Assembly: GCA_964016885.1 (NCBI GenBank)
Contig: OZ024755.1
Span: 31,372,001-31,436,000, forward strand
Direction of reading: 5' to 3'
DNA from: Eledone cirrhosa
Taxonomy: Eukaryota
DNA length: 64,000 nucleotides
Positions 27,501 through 42,700 of this stretch are shown in pieces; the first letter of the stretch is position 1; each line of letters starts with the position of its first letter. Made by a program: the position numbers and the translations under genes. Under the pieces are notes generated by a model. That model saw nothing but the letters and a program-made list of their open reading frames with translations, was not told where the DNA came from and ran no database searches.

Positions 27501-30500
27501 GTACCCCATGTATGGGATGTGTAGCAACCTTCAGAAGAACTTGTACCCCATGTATGGGATGTGTAGCAACATTCTGAAGGACTTGTACCCCATGTATGGG
27601 ATGTGTAGCAACCTTCTGAAGAACTTGTACCCCATGTATGGGATATGTAGCAACCTTCTGAAGGACTTGAACCCCATGTATGGGATGTGCAGCAACCTTC
27701 TGAAGGACTTGTACCCCATGTATGGGATGTGTAGCAACCTTCTGAAGGACTTGTACCCCATGTATGGGATGTGTAGCAACCTTCTGAAGGACTTGTACCC
27801 CATGTATGGGATGTGTAGCAACCATCTGAAGGACTTGTACCCCATGTATGGGATATGTAGCAACCTTCTGATGGACTTGTACCCCATGTATGGGATGTGT
27901 AGCAACCATCTGAAGGACTTGTACCCCATGTATGGGATGTGTAGCAACCTTCTGAAGGACTTGTACGCCATGTATGGGATGTGCAGCAACCTTCTGAAGG
28001 ACTTGTACCTCATGAATGGGATATGTAGCAACCTTCTGATGGACTTGTACCTCATGAATGGGATATGTAGCAACCTTCTGAAGGACTTGTACGCCATGTA
28101 TGGGATGTGCAGCAACCTTCTGAAGGACTTGTACCTCATGAATGGGATATGTAGCAACCTTCTGAAGGACTTGTACCTCATGAATGGGATATGTAGCAAC
28201 CTTCTGAAGGACTTGTACGCCATGTATGGGATGTGCAGCAACATTCTGAAGGACTTGTACCTCATGAATGGGATATGTAGCAACCTTCTGATGGACTTGT
28301 ACCCCATGTATGGGATGTGTAGCAACCTTCTGAAGGATTGTACCCCATGTATGGGATGTGTAGCAACCTTCTGAAGGACTTGTACCCCATGTATGGGATG
28401 TGTAGCAACCTTCTGAAGGACTTGTACCCCATGTATGGGATGTGTAGCAACCTTCTGAAGGACTTGTACCCCATGTATGGGATGTGTAGCAACCTTCTGA
28501 AGGACTTGTACCCCATGTATGGGATGTGCAGCAACATTCTGAAGGACTTGTACCTCATGAATGGGATATGTAGCAACCTTCTGAAGGACTTGTACGCCAT
28601 GTATGGGATGTGCAGCAACATTCTGAAGGACTTGTACCTCATGAATGGGATATGTAGCAACCTTCTGATGGACTTGTACCCCATGTATGGGATGTGTAGC
28701 AACCTTCTGAAGGATTGTACCCCATGTATGGGATGTGTAGCAACCTTCTGAAGGACTTGTACCCCATGTATGGGATGTGTAGCAACCTTCTGAAGGACTT
28801 GTACCCCATGTATGGGATGTGTAGCAACCTTCTGAAGGACTTGTACCCCATGTATGGGATGTGTAGCAACCTTCTGAAGGACTTGTACCCCATGTATGGG
28901 ATGTGTAGCAACCTTCTGAAGGACTTGTACCCCATGTATGGGATGTGTAGCCACCTTCTGAAGCACTTGTACCCCATGAATGGGATATGTAGCAACCTTC
29001 TGAAGGACTTGTACCCCATGTATGGGATGTGTAGCAACCTTCTGAAGGACTTGTACCCCATGTATGGGATGTGCAGCAACCTTCTGAAGGACTTGTACCC
29101 CATGTATGGGATGTGCAGCAACCTTCTGAAGGACTTGTACCCCATGTATGGGATGTGCAGCAACCTTCTGCAGGACTTGTACCCCATGTATGGGATGTGC
29201 AGCAACCTTCTGAAGGACTTGTACCCCATGTATGGGATGTGTAGCAACCTTCTGAAGGACTTGTACCCCATGTATGGGATGTGTAGCCACCTTCTGAAGC
29301 ACTTGTACCCCATGAATGGGATATGTAGCAACCTTCTGAAGGACTTGTACCCCATGTATGGGATGTGTAGCCACCTTCTGAAGCACTTGTACCCCATGAA
29401 TGGGATATGTAGCAACCTTCTGAAGGACTTGTACCCCATGTATGGGATGTGTAGCAACCTTCTGAAGGACTTGTACTCCATGTATGGGATGTGCAGCAAC
29501 CTTCTGAAGGACTTGTACCCCATGTATGGGATGTGCAGCAACCTTCTGAAGGACTTGTACCCCATGTATGGGATGTGTAGCAACCTTCTGAAGGACTTGT
29601 ACCCCATGTATGGGATGTGTAGCAACCTTCTGAAGGACTTGTACCCCATGTATGGGATTTGTAGCAACCTTCTGAAGGACTTGTACCCCATGTATGGGAT
29701 GTGCAGCAACCTTCTGAAGGACTTGTACCCCATGTATGGGACGTGTAGCAACCTTCTGAAGGACTTGTACCCATGTATGGGATTTGTAGCAACCTTCTGA
29801 AGGACTTATACCCCATGTATGGGATGTGTAGCAACCTTCTGAAGGACTTGTACCCCATGTATGGGATGTGTAGCAACCTTCTGAAGGACTTGTACCCCAT
29901 GTATGGGATGTGTAGCAACCTTCGGAATGACTTGTACCCCATGTATGGGATGTGTAGCAACATTCTGAAGGACTTGTACCCCATGAATGGGATGTGTAGC
30001 AACCTTCTGAAGGACTTGTACCCATGTATGGGATGTGCAGCAACCTTCTGAAGGACTTGTACCCCATGTATGGGATTTGTAGCAACCTTCTGAAGGACTT
30101 GTACCCCATGTATGGGATTTGTAGCAACCTTCTGAAGGACTTGTACCCCATGTATGGGATGTGTAGCAACATTCTGAAGGACTTGTACCCCATGTATGGG
30201 ATGTGTAGCAACCTTCTGAAGGACTTGTACCCATGTATGGGATGTGCAGCAACCTTCTGAAGGACTTGTACCCCATGTATGGGATGTGCAGCAACCTTCT
30301 GAAGGACTTGTACCCCATGTATGGGATGTGTAGCAACCTTCTGACGAACTTGTACCCCATGTATGGGATGTGCAGCAACCTTCTGAAGGACTTGTACCCC
30401 ATGTATGGGATGTGCAGCAACCTTCTGAAGGAATTGTACCCCATGTATGGGATGTATAGCAACCTTCTGAAGAACTTGTACCCCATGTATGGGATGTGTA

Positions 30501-33306
30501 GCAACATTCTGAAGGACTTGTACCCCATGTACGGGATATGTAGCAACCTTCAGAAGCACTTGTACCCCATGTATGGGATGAGTAGCAACCTTCTAAAGAA
30601 ATTGTACCCCATGAATGGGATGTGTAGCAACCTTCTGAAGGACTTGAACCCCATGTATAGGATGTGCAGCAACCTTCTGACGGACTTGTACCCCATGTAT
30701 GGGATGTGTAGCAACATTCTGAAGGACTTGTACCCATGTATGGGATTTGTAGCAACCTTCTGAAGGAGTTGTACCCATGTATGGGATTTGTAGCAACCTT
30801 CTGAAGGACTTGTACCCCATGTATGGGATGTGTAGCAACCTTCTGAAGGACTTGTACACCATGTATGGGATGTGCAGCAACCTTCTGAAGGACTTGTACC
30901 CCATGTATGGGATGTGTAGCAACCTTCGGAATGACTTGTACCCCATGTATGGCATGTGCAGCAACCTTCTGAAGGACTTGTACCCCATGTATGGGATTTG
31001 TAGCAACCTTCTGAAGGACTTGTACCCCATGTATGGGATTTGTAGCAACCTTCTGAAGGACTTGTACCCCATGTATGGGATGTGTAGCAACCTACTGAAG
31101 GACTTGTACCCCATGTATGGGATGTGTAGCAACCTTCTGAAGAACTTGTACCCCATGTATGGGATATGTAGCAACCTTCTGAAGGTCTTGTACCCCATGT
31201 ATGGGATGTGTAGCAACCTTCTGAAGGACTTGTACCCCATGTATGGGATGTGTAGCAACCTTCTGAAGGACTTGTACCCCATGTATGGGATGTGTAGCAA
31301 CCTTCTGAAGGACTTGTACCCCATGTATGGGATGTGTAGCAACCTTCTGAAGGACTTGTACCCCATGTATGGGATGTGTAGCAACCTTCTGAAGGACTTG
31401 TACCCCATGTATGGGATGTGTAGCAACCTTCTGAAGGACTTGTACCCCATGTATGGGATGTGTAGCAACCTTCTGAAGGACTTGTACCCCATGTATGGGA
31501 TGTGTAGCAACCTTCTGAAGGACTTGTACCCCATGTATGGGATGTGTAGCAACCTTCTGAAGGACTTGTACCCCATGTATGGGATGTGTAGCCACCTTCT
31601 GAAGCACTTGTACCCCATGAATGGGATATGTAGCAACCTTCTGAAGGACTTGTACCCCATGTATGGGATGTGTAGCAACCTTCTGAAGGACTTGTACCCC
31701 ATGTATGGGATGTGTAGCAACCTTCTGAAGGACTTGTACCCCATGTATGGGATGTGTAGCAACCTTCTGAAGGACTTGTACCCCATGTATGGGATGTGTA
31801 GCAACCTTCTGAAGGACTTGTACCCCATGTATGGGATGTGTAGCCACCTTCTGAAGCACTTGTACCCCATGAATGGGATATGTAGCAACCTTCTGAAGGA
31901 CTTGTACCCCATGTATGGGATGTGTAGCAACCTTCTGAAGGACTTGTACCCCATGTATGGGATGTGTAGCAACCTTCTGAAGGACTTGTACCCCATGTAT
32001 GGGATGTGTAGCAACCTTCTGAAGGACTTGTACCCCATGTATGGGATGTGTAGCAACCTTCTGAAGGACTTGTACCCCATGTATGGGATGTGTAGCAACC
32101 TTCTGAAGGACTTGTACCCCATGTATGGGATGTGTAGCAACCTTCTGAAGGACTTGTACCCCATGTATGGGATGTGTAGCAACCTTCTGAAGGACTTGTA
32201 CCCCATGTATGGGATGTGTAGCAACCTTCTGAAGGACTTGTACCCCATGTATGGGATGTGTAGCAACCTTCTGAAGGACTTGTACCCCATGTATGGGATG
32301 TGTAGCAACCTTCTGAAGGACTTGTACCCCATGTATGGGATGTGTAGCCACCTTCTGAAGCACTTGTACCCCATGAATGGGATATGTAGCAACCTTCTGA
32401 AGGACTTGTACCCCATGTATGGGATGTGTAGCAACCTTCTGAAGGACTTGTACCCCATGTATGGGATGTGCAGCAACCTTCTGAAGGACTTGTACCCCAT
32501 GTATGGGATGTGTAGCAATCTTCTGACGGACTTGTACCCCATGTATGGGATGTGCAGCAACCTTCTGAAGGACTTGTACCCCATGTATGGGATGTGTAGC
32601 AACCTTCTGAAGAACTTGTACCCCATGTATGGGATGTGTAGCAACATTCTGAAGGACTTGTACCCCATGTATGGGATTTGTAGCAACCTTCAGAAGCACT
32701 TGTACCCCATGTATGGGATGAGTAGCAACCTTCTAAAGAAATTGTACCCCATGAATGGGATGTGTAGCAACCTTCTGAAGGACTTGAACCCCATGTATAG
32801 GATGTGCAGTAACCTTCTGAAGGACTTGTACCCCATGTATGGGATGTGTAGCAACATTCTGAAGGACTTGTACCCATGTATGGGATTTGTAGCAACCTTC
32901 TGAAGGACTTGTACCCCATGTATGGGATTTGTAGCAACCTTCTGAAGGACTTGTACCCCATGTATGGGATGTGTAGCAACCTTCAGAAGAACTTGTACCC
33001 CATGTATGGGATGTGTAGCAACATTCTGAAGGACTTGTACCCCATGTATGGGATGTGTAGCAACCTTCTGAAGAACTTGTACCCCATGTATGGGATATGT
33101 AGCAACCTTCTGAAGGACTTGAACCCCATGTATGGGATGTGCAGCAACCTTCTGAAGGACTTGTACCCCATGTATGGGATGTGTAGCAACCTTCTGAAGG
33201 ACTTGTACCCCATGTATGGGATGTGTAGCAACCTTCTGAAGGACTTGTACCCCATGTATGGGATGTGTAGCAACCATCTGAAGGACTTGTACCCCATGTA
33301 TGGGAT
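22396..33306. repeat. Tandem duplication of a 5,452-bp block (130 monomers, 8 of them 41 bp): 22396-27847 and 27848-33299
   Basis: ORF pairs are offset by 5,452 (22886/28338, 24781/30233, 25325/30777). CTGCAG occurs at 23716 and 29168. Flanking mismatches are A22395/T27847 and A27855/G33307. One internal difference was seen (A26104/T31556). Confidence 0.93.
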
Positions 33307-36300
33307 GTGTAGCAACCTTCTGAAGGACTTGTACCCATGTATGAGATTTGTAGCAACCTTCTGAAGGACTTGTACCCCATGTATGGGATGTGTAGCAACC
33401 TTCTGAAGGACTTGTACCCCATGTATGGGATGTGCAGCAACCTTCTGAAGGACTTGTACCCCATGTATGGGATGTGTAGCAACCTTCGGAATGACTTGTA
33501 CCCCATGTATGGGATGTGTAGCAACCTTCTGAAGGACTTGTACCACATGTATGGGATGTGCAGCAACCTTTTGAAGGACTTGTACCCCATGTATGGGATG
33601 TGTAGCAACCTTCTGAAGGACTTGTACCGCATGTATGGGATGTGTAGCAACCTTCTGAAGGACTTGTACCCCATGTATGGGATGTGCAGCAACCTTCTGA
33701 AGGACTTGTAACCCATGTATGGGATGTGTAGCAACCTTCTGAAGGACTTGTACCCCATGTATGGGATGTGTAGCAACCTTCTGAAGGACTTGTACCCCAT
33801 GTATGGGATGTGTAGCAACCTTCTGAAGGACTTGTACCCCATGTATGGGATGTGTAGCAACCTTCTGAAGGACTTGTACCCCATGTATGGGATGTGTAGC
33901 AACCTTCTGAAGGACTTGTACCCCATGTATGGGATGTGTAGCAACCTTCTGAAGGACTTGTACCCCATGTATGGGATGTGTAGCAACCTTCTGAAGGACT
34001 TGTACCCCATGTATGGGATGTGTAGCAACCTTCTGAAGGACTTGTACCCTATGTATGGGATGTGTAGCAACCTTCTGAAGGACTTGTACCCAATGTATGG
34101 GATGTGTAGCAACCTTCTGAAGGACTTGTACCCCATGTATGGGATGTGTAGCAACCTTCTGAAGGACTTGTACCCCATGTATGGGATGTGTAGCAACCAT
34201 CTGATGGACTTGTACCCCATGTATGGGATGTGTAGCAACCTTCTGAAGGACTTATACCCCATGTATGGGATGTGTAGCAACCTTCTGAAGGACTTGTACC
34301 CCATGTATGGGATGTGTAGCACCCTTCTGAAGGACTTGTACCCCATGTATGTGATGTGTAGCAACCTTCTGAAGGACTTCTACCCCATGTATGGGATGTG
34401 TAGCAACCTTCTGAAGGTCTTGAACCCCATGTATGGGATGTGTAGCAACCTTCTGAAGGACTTGTACCCCATGTATGGGATGTGCAGCAACCTTCTGAAG
34501 GACTTGTACCCCATGTATGGGATGTGCAGCAACCTTCTGAAGGACTTGTACCCCATGTATGGGATGTGCAGCAACCTTCTGAAGGACTTGTACCCCATGT
34601 ATGGGATGTGTAGCAACCTTCTGAAGGACTTCTACCCCATGTATGGGATGTGTAGCAACCTTCTGAAGGTCTTGAACCCCATGTATGGGATGTGTAGCAA
34701 CCTTCTGAAGGTCTTGAACCCCATGTATGGGATGTGCAGCAATCTTCTGAAGGACTTGTACCCCATGTATGGGATGTGCAGCAACCTTCTGAAGGACTTG
34801 TACCCCATGTATGGGATGTGCAGCAACCTTCTGAAGGACTTGTACCCCATGTATGGGATGTGTAGCAACCTTCTGAAGGACTTCTACCCCATGTATGGGA
34901 TGTGTAGCAACCTTCTGAAGGTCTTGAACCCCATGTATGGGATGTGTAGCAACCTTCTGAAGGACTTGTACCCCATGTATGGGATATGTAGCAACCTTCT
35001 GAAGGACTTGTACCCAATGTATGGGATTTGTAGCAACCTTCTGAAGGACTTGTACCCCATGTATGGGATGTGCAGCAACCTTCTGAAGGACTTGTACCCC
35101 ATGTATGGGATGTGTAGCAACCTTCTGAAGGACTTGTACCCCATGTATGGGATGTGTAGCAACCTTCTGAAGGACTTGTACCCCATGTATGGGATGTGTA
35201 GCCACCTTCTGAAGCACTTGTACCCCATGAATGGGATATGTAGCAACCTTCTAAAGAAATTGTACCCCATGAATGGGATGTGTAGCAACCTTCTGAAGGA
35301 CTTGAACCCCATGTATAGGATGTGCAGCAACCTTCTGACGGACTTGTACCCCATGTATGGGATGTGTAGCAACATTCTGAAGGACTTGTACCCATGTATG
35401 GGATTTGTAGCAACCTTCTGAAGGAGTTGTACCCATGTATGGGATTTGTAGCAACCTTCTGAAGGACTTGTACCCCATGTATGGGATGTGTAGCAACCTT
35501 CTGAAGGACTTGTACACCATGTATGGGATGTGCAGCAACCTTCTGAAGGACTTGTACCCCATGTATGGGATGTGTAGCAACCTTCGGAATGACTTGTACC
35601 CCATGTATGGCATGTGCAGCAACCTTCTGAAGGACTTGTACCCCATGTATGGGATTTGTAGCAACCTTCTGAAGGACTTGTACCCCATGTATGGGATTTG
35701 TAGCAACCTTCTGAAGGACTTGTACCCCATGTATGGGATGTGTAGCAACCTACTGAAGGACTTGTACCCCATGTATGGGATGTGTAGCAACCTTCTGAAG
35801 AACTTGTACCCCATGTATGGGATATGTAGCAACCTTCTGAAGGTCTTGTACCCCATGTATGGGATGTGTAGCAACCTTCTGAAGGACTTGTACCCCATGT
35901 ATGGGATGTGTAGCAACCTTCTGAAGGACTTGTACCCCATGTATGGGATGTGTAGCAACCTTCTGAAGGACTTGTACCCCATGTATGGGATGTGTAGCAA
36001 CCTTCTGAAGGACTTGTACCCCATGTATGGGATGTGTAGCAACCTTCTGAAGGACTTGTACCCCATGTATGGGATGTGTAGCAACCTTCTGAAGGACTTG
36101 TACCCCATGTATGGGATGTGTAGCAACCTTCTGAAGGACTTGTACCCCATGTATGGGATGTGTAGCAACCTTCTGAAGGACTTGTACCCCATGTATGGGA
36201 TGTGTAGCAACCTTCTGAAGGACTTGTACCCCATGTATGGGATGTGTAGCCACCTTCTGAAGCACTTGTACCCCATGAATGGGATATGTAGCAACCTTCT

Positions 36301-39300
36301 GAAGGACTTGTACCCCATGTATGGGATGTGTAGCAACCTTCTGAAGGACTTGTACCCCATGTATGGGATGTGTAGCAACCTTCTGAAGGACTTGTACCCC
36401 ATGTATGGGATGTGTAGCAACCTTCTGAAGGACTTGTACCCCATGTATGGGATGTGTAGCAACCTTCTGAAGGACTTGTACCCCATGTATGGGATGTGTA
36501 GCCACCTTCTGAAGCACTTGTACCCCATGAATGGGATATGTAGCAACCTTCTGAAGGACTTGTACCCCATGTATGGGATGTGTAGCAACCTTCTGAAGGA
36601 CTTGTACCCCATGTATGGGATGTGTAGCAACCTTCTGAAGGACTTGTACCCCATGTATGGGATGTGTAGCAACCTTCTGAAGGACTTGTACCCCATGTAT
36701 GGGATGTGTAGCAACCTTCTGAAGGACTTGTACCCCATGTATGGGATGTGTAGCAACCTTCTGAAGGACTTGTACCCCATGTATGGGATGTGTAGCAACC
36801 TTCTGAAGGACTTGTACCCCATGTATGGGATGTGTAGCAACCTTCTGAAGGACTTGTACCCCATGTATGGGATGTGTAGCAACCTTCTGAAGGACTTGTA
36901 CCCCATGTATGGGATGTGTAGCAACCTTCTGAAGGACTTGTACCCCATGTATGGGATGTGTAGCAACCTTCTGAAGGACTTGTACCCCATGTATGGGATG
37001 TGTAGCCACCTTCTGAAGCACTTGTACCCCATGAATGGGATATGTAGCAACCTTCTGAAGGACTTGTACCCCATGTATGGGATGTGTAGCAACCTTCTGA
37101 AGGACTTGTACCCCATGTATGGGATGTGCAGCAACCTTCTGAAGGACTTGTACCCCATGTATGGGATGTGTAGCAATCTTCTGACGGACTTGTACCCCAT
37201 GTATGGGATGTGCAGCAACCTTCTGAAGGACTTGTACCCCATGTATGGGATGTGTAGCAACCTTCTGAAGAACTTGTACCCCATGTATGGGATGTGTAGC
37301 AACATTCTGAAGGACTTGTACCCCATGTATGGGATTTGTAGCAACCTTCAGAAGCACTTGTACCCCATGTATGGGATGAGTAGCAACCTTCTAAAGAAAT
37401 TGTACCCCATGAATGGGATGTGTAGCAACCTTCTGAAGGACTTGAACCCCATGTATAGGATGTGCAGTAACCTTCTGAAGGACTTGTACCCCATGTATGG
37501 GATGTGTAGCAACATTCTGAAGGACTTGTACCCATGTATGGGATTTGTAGCAACCTTCTGAAGGACTTGTACCCCATGTATGGGATTTGTAGCAACCTTC
37601 TGAAGGACTTGTACCCCATGTATGGGATGTGTAGCAACCTTCAGAAGAACTTGTACCCCATGTATGGGATGTGTAGCAACATTCTGAAGGACTTGTACCC
37701 CATGTATGGGATGTGTAGCAACCTTCTGAAGAACTTGTACCCCATGTATGGGATATGTAGCAACCTTCTGAAGGACTTGAACCCCATGTATGGGATGTGC
37801 AGCAACCTTCTGAAGGACTTGTACCCCATGTATGGGATGTGTAGCAACCTTCTGAAGGACTTGTACCCCATGTATGGGATGTGTAGCAACCTTCTGAAGG
37901 ACTTGTACCCCATGTATGGGATGTGTAGCAACCATCTGAAGGACTTGTACCCCATGTATGGGATGTGTAGCAACCTTCTGAAGGACTTGTACCCATGTAT
38001 GAGATTTGTAGCAACCTTCTGAAGGACTTGTACCCCATGTATGGGATGTGTAGCAACCTTCTGAAGGACTTGTACCCCATGTATGGGATGTGCAGCAACC
38101 TTCTGAAGGACTTGTACCCCATGTATGGGATGTGTAGCAACCTTCGGAATGACTTGTACCCCATGTATGGGATGTGTAGCAACCTTCTGAAGGACTTGTA
38201 CCCCATGTATGGGATGTGCAGCAACCTTTTGAAGGACTTGTACCCCATGTATGGGATGTGTAGCAACCTTCTGAAGGACTTGTACCGCATGTATGGGATG
38301 TGTAGCAACCTTCTGAAGGACTTGTACCCCATGTATGGGATGTGCAGCAACCTTCTGAAGGACTTGTAACCCATGTATGGGATGTGTAGCAACCTTCTGA
38401 AGGACTTGTACCCCATGTATGGGATGTGTAGCAACCTTCTGAAGGACTTGTACCCCATGTATGGGATGTGTAGCAACCTTCTGAAGGACTTGTACCCCAT
38501 GTATGGGATGTGTAGCAACCTTCTGAAGGACTTGTACCCCATGTATGGGATGTGTAGCAACCTTCTGAAGGACTTGTACCCCATGTATGGGATGTGTAGC
38601 AACCTTCTGAAGGACTTGTACCCCATGTATGGGATGTGTAGCAACCTTCTGAAGGACTTGTACCCCATGTATGGGATGTGTAGCAACCTTCTGAAGGACT
38701 TGTACCCTATGTATGGGATGTGTAGCAACCTTCTGAAGGACTTGTACCCAATGTATGGGATGTGTAGCAACCTTCTGAAGGACTTGTACCCCATGTATGG
38801 GATGTGTAGCAACCTTCTGAAGGACTTGTACCCCATGTATGGGATGTGTAGCAACCATCTGATGGACTTGTACCCCATGTATGGGATGTGTAGCAACCTT
38901 CTGAAGGACTTATACCCCATGTATGGGATGTGTAGCAACCTTCTGAAGGACTTGTACCCCATGTATGGGATGTGTAGCACCCTTCTGAAGGACTTGTACC
39001 CCATGTATGTGATGTGTAGCAACCTTCTGAAGGACTTCTACCCCATGTATGGGATGTGTAGCAACCTTCTGAAGGTCTTGAACCCCATGTATGGGATGTG
39101 TAGCAACCTTCTGAAGGACTTGTACCCCATGTATGGGATGTGCAGCAACCTTCTGAAGGACTTGTACCCCATGTATGGGATGTGCAGCAACCTTCTGAAG
39201 GACTTGTACCCCATGTATGGGATGTGCAGCAACCTTCTGAAGGACTTGTACCCCATGTATGGGATGTGTAGCAACCTTCTGAAGGACTTCTACCCCATGT

Positions 39301-39790
39301 ATGGGATGTGTAGCAACCTTCTGAAGGTCTTGAACCCCATGTATGGGATGTGTAGCAACCTTCTGAAGGTCTTGAACCCCATGTATGGGATGTGCAGCAA
39401 TCTTCTGAAGGACTTGTACCCCATGTATGGGATGTGCAGCAACCTTCTGAAGGACTTGTACCCCATGTATGGGATGTGCAGCAACCTTCTGAAGGACTTG
39501 TACCCCATGTATGGGATGTGTAGCAACCTTCTGAAGGACTTCTACCCCATGTATGGGATGTGTAGCAACCTTCTGAAGGTCTTGAACCCCATGTATGGGA
39601 TGTGTAGCAACCTTCTGAAGGACTTGTACCCCATGTATGGGATATGTAGCAACCTTCTGAAGGACTTGTACCCAATGTATGGGATTTGTAGCAACCTTCT
39701 GAAGGACTTGTACCCCATGTATGGGATGTGCAGCAACCTTCTGAAGGACTTGTACCCCATGTATGGGATGTGTAGCAACCTTCTGAAGGA
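30582..39790. repeat. Near-complete tandem duplication with 4,658-bp period (111 monomers, 4 of them 41 bp): 30582-35132 repeated at 35240-39790
   Basis: ORF pairs are offset by 4,658 (30777/35435, 32876/37534, 33715/38373). Rare variants TATGAGATTTG, TACCGC and AGCACCCTT are shared. One internal difference was seen (A33545/C38203). Confidence 0.92.
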
Positions 39791-42700
39791 TTGTACCCCA
39801 TGTATGGGATGTGTAGCAACCTTCTGAAGGACTTGTACCCACGTATGGGATTTGTAGCAACCTTCTGAAGGACTTATACCCCATGTATGGGATGTGTAGC
39901 AACCTTCTGAAGGACTTGTACCCCATGTATGGGATGTGTAGCAACCTTCTGAAGGACTTGTACCCCATGTATGGGATTTGTAGCAACCTTCTGAAGGACT
40001 TGTACCCCATGTTTGGGATGTGTAGCAACCTTCTGAAGGACTTGTACCCCATGTATGGGATGTGTAGCAACCTTCTGAAGGAATTGTACCCATGTATGGG
40101 ATGTGCAGCAACCTTCTGAAGGACTTGTACCCCATGTATGGGATGTGCAGCAACCTTCTGAAGGATTGTACCCCATGTATGGGATGTGTAGCAACCTTCT
40201 GACGGACTTGTACCCCATGTATGGGATGTGCAGCAACCTTCTGAAGGACTTGTACCCCATGTATGGGATGTGTAGCAACCTTCTGAAGGACTTGTACCCC
40301 ATGTATGGGATGTGCAGCAACATTCTGAAGGACTTGTACCCCATGAATGGGATATGTAGCAACGTTCTGAAGGACTTGTACCCATGTATGGGATGTGTAG
40401 CAACCTTCTGAAGGACTTGTACCCATGTATGGGATGTGTAGCAACCTTCTGAAGGACTTGTACCCCATGTATGGGATATGTAGCAACCTTCTGAAGAACA
40501 TGTACCCCATGTGTGGGATATGTAGCAACCTTCTGAAGGACTTGAGCCCCATGTATGGGATGTGTAGCAACCTTCTGAAGGACTTGTACCCCATGTATGT
40601 GATGTGTAACAACCTTCTGAAGGACTTGTACCCCATGTATGGGATGTGCAGCAACCTTCTGAAGGACTTGTACCCCATGTATGGGATGTGTAGCAATCTT
40701 CTGAAGGACTTGTACCCCATGTATGGGATGTATAGCAACCTTCTGAAGGACTTGTACCCCATGTATGGGATGTGCAGCAACCTTCTGAAGGACTTGTACC
40801 CCATGTATGGGATGTGCAGCAACCTTCTGAAGGACTTGTACCCCATGTATGGGATGTGTAGCAATCTTCTGAAGGACTTGTACCCCATGTATGGGATGTG
40901 CAGCAACATTCTGAAGGACTTGTACCCCATGTATGGGATGTGCAGCAACCTTCTGAAGGACTTGTACCCCATGTATGGGATGTGTAGCAACCTTCTGAAG
41001 GACTTGTACCCCATGTATGGGATGTGTAGCAACCTTCTGAAGGACTTGTACTCCATGTATGGGATGTGTAGCAACCTTCTGAAGGACTTGTACCCCATGT
41101 ATGGGATGTGTAGCAACCTTCTGAAGGACTTGTACCCCATGTATGGGATGTGTAGCAACCTTCTGAAGGACTTGTACTCCATGTATGGGATGTGTAGCAA
41201 CCTTCTGAAGGACTTGTACCCCATGTATGGGATGTGTAGCAACCTTCTGAAGGACTTGTACCCCATGTATGGGATGTGCAGCAACCTTCTGAAGGACTTG
41301 TACCCCATGTATGGGATGTGCAGCAACCTTCTGAAGGACTTGTACACCATGTATGGGATGTGTAGCAACCTTCTGAAGGACTTGAACCCCATGTATGGGA
41401 TGTGTAGCAACCTTCTGAAGGACTTGTACCCCATGTATGGGATGTGCAGCAACCTTCTGAAGGACTTGTACCCCATGTATGGGATGTGTAGCAACCTTCT
41501 GAAGGACTTGTACCCCATGTATGGGATGTGTAGCAACCTTCTGAAGGACTTGTACTCCATGTATGGGATGTGTAGCAACCTTCTGAAGGACTTGTACCCC
41601 ATGTATGGGATGTGTAGCAACCTTCTGAAGGACTTGTACCCCATGTATGGGATGTGTAGCAACCTTCTGAAGGACTTGTACTCCATGTATGGGATGTGTA
41701 GCAACCTTCTGAAGGACTTGTACCCCATGTATGGGATGTGTAGCAACCTTCTGAAGGACTTGTACCCCATGTATGGGATGTGCAGCAACCTTCTGAAGGA
41801 CTTGTACCCCATGTATGGGATGTGCAGCAACCTTCTGAAGGACTTGTACACCATGTATGGGATGTGTAGCAACCTTCTGAAGGACTTGAACCCCATGTAT
41901 GGGATGTGTAGCAACCTTCTGAAGGACTTGTACCCCATGTATGGGATGTGCAGCAACCTTCTAAAGAAATTGTACCCCATGTATGGGATGTGTAGCAACC
42001 ATCTGAAGGACTTGTACCCCATGTATGGGATGTGTAGCAACCTTCTGAAGGACTTGTACCCCATGTATGGGATGTGTAGCAACCTTCTGAAGGACTTGTA
42101 CCCATGTATGGGATTTGTAGCAACCTTCTGAAGGACTTGTACCCCATGTATGGGATGTGTAGCAACCTTCTGAAGGACTTGTACCCCATGTATGGGATGT
42201 GCAGCAACCTTCTGAAGGACTTGTACCCCATGTATGGGATGTGTAGCAACCATCTGAAGGACTTGTACCCCATGTATTGGATGTGTAGCAACCTTCTGAA
42301 GGACTTGTACCCATGTATGGGATTTGTAGCAACCTTCTGAAGGACTTGTACCCCATGTATGGGATGTGCAGCAACCTTCTGAAGGACTTGTACCCCATGT
42401 ATGGGATGTGTAGCAACCTTCTGAAGGACTTGTACCCCATGTATGGGATGTGTAGCAACCTTCTGAAGGACTTGTACCCCATGTATGGGATATGTAGCAA
42501 CCTTCTGAAGGACTTGTACCCATGTATGGGATGTGCAGCAAGCTTCTGAAGGACTTGTACCACATGTATGGGATTTGTAGCAACCTCCTGAAGGACTTGA
42601 ACCCCATGTATGGGATGTGTAACAACCTTCTGAAGGACTTGTACCCATGTATGGGATGTGTAGCAACCTTCTGAAGGAATTGTACCCCATGTATGGGATG

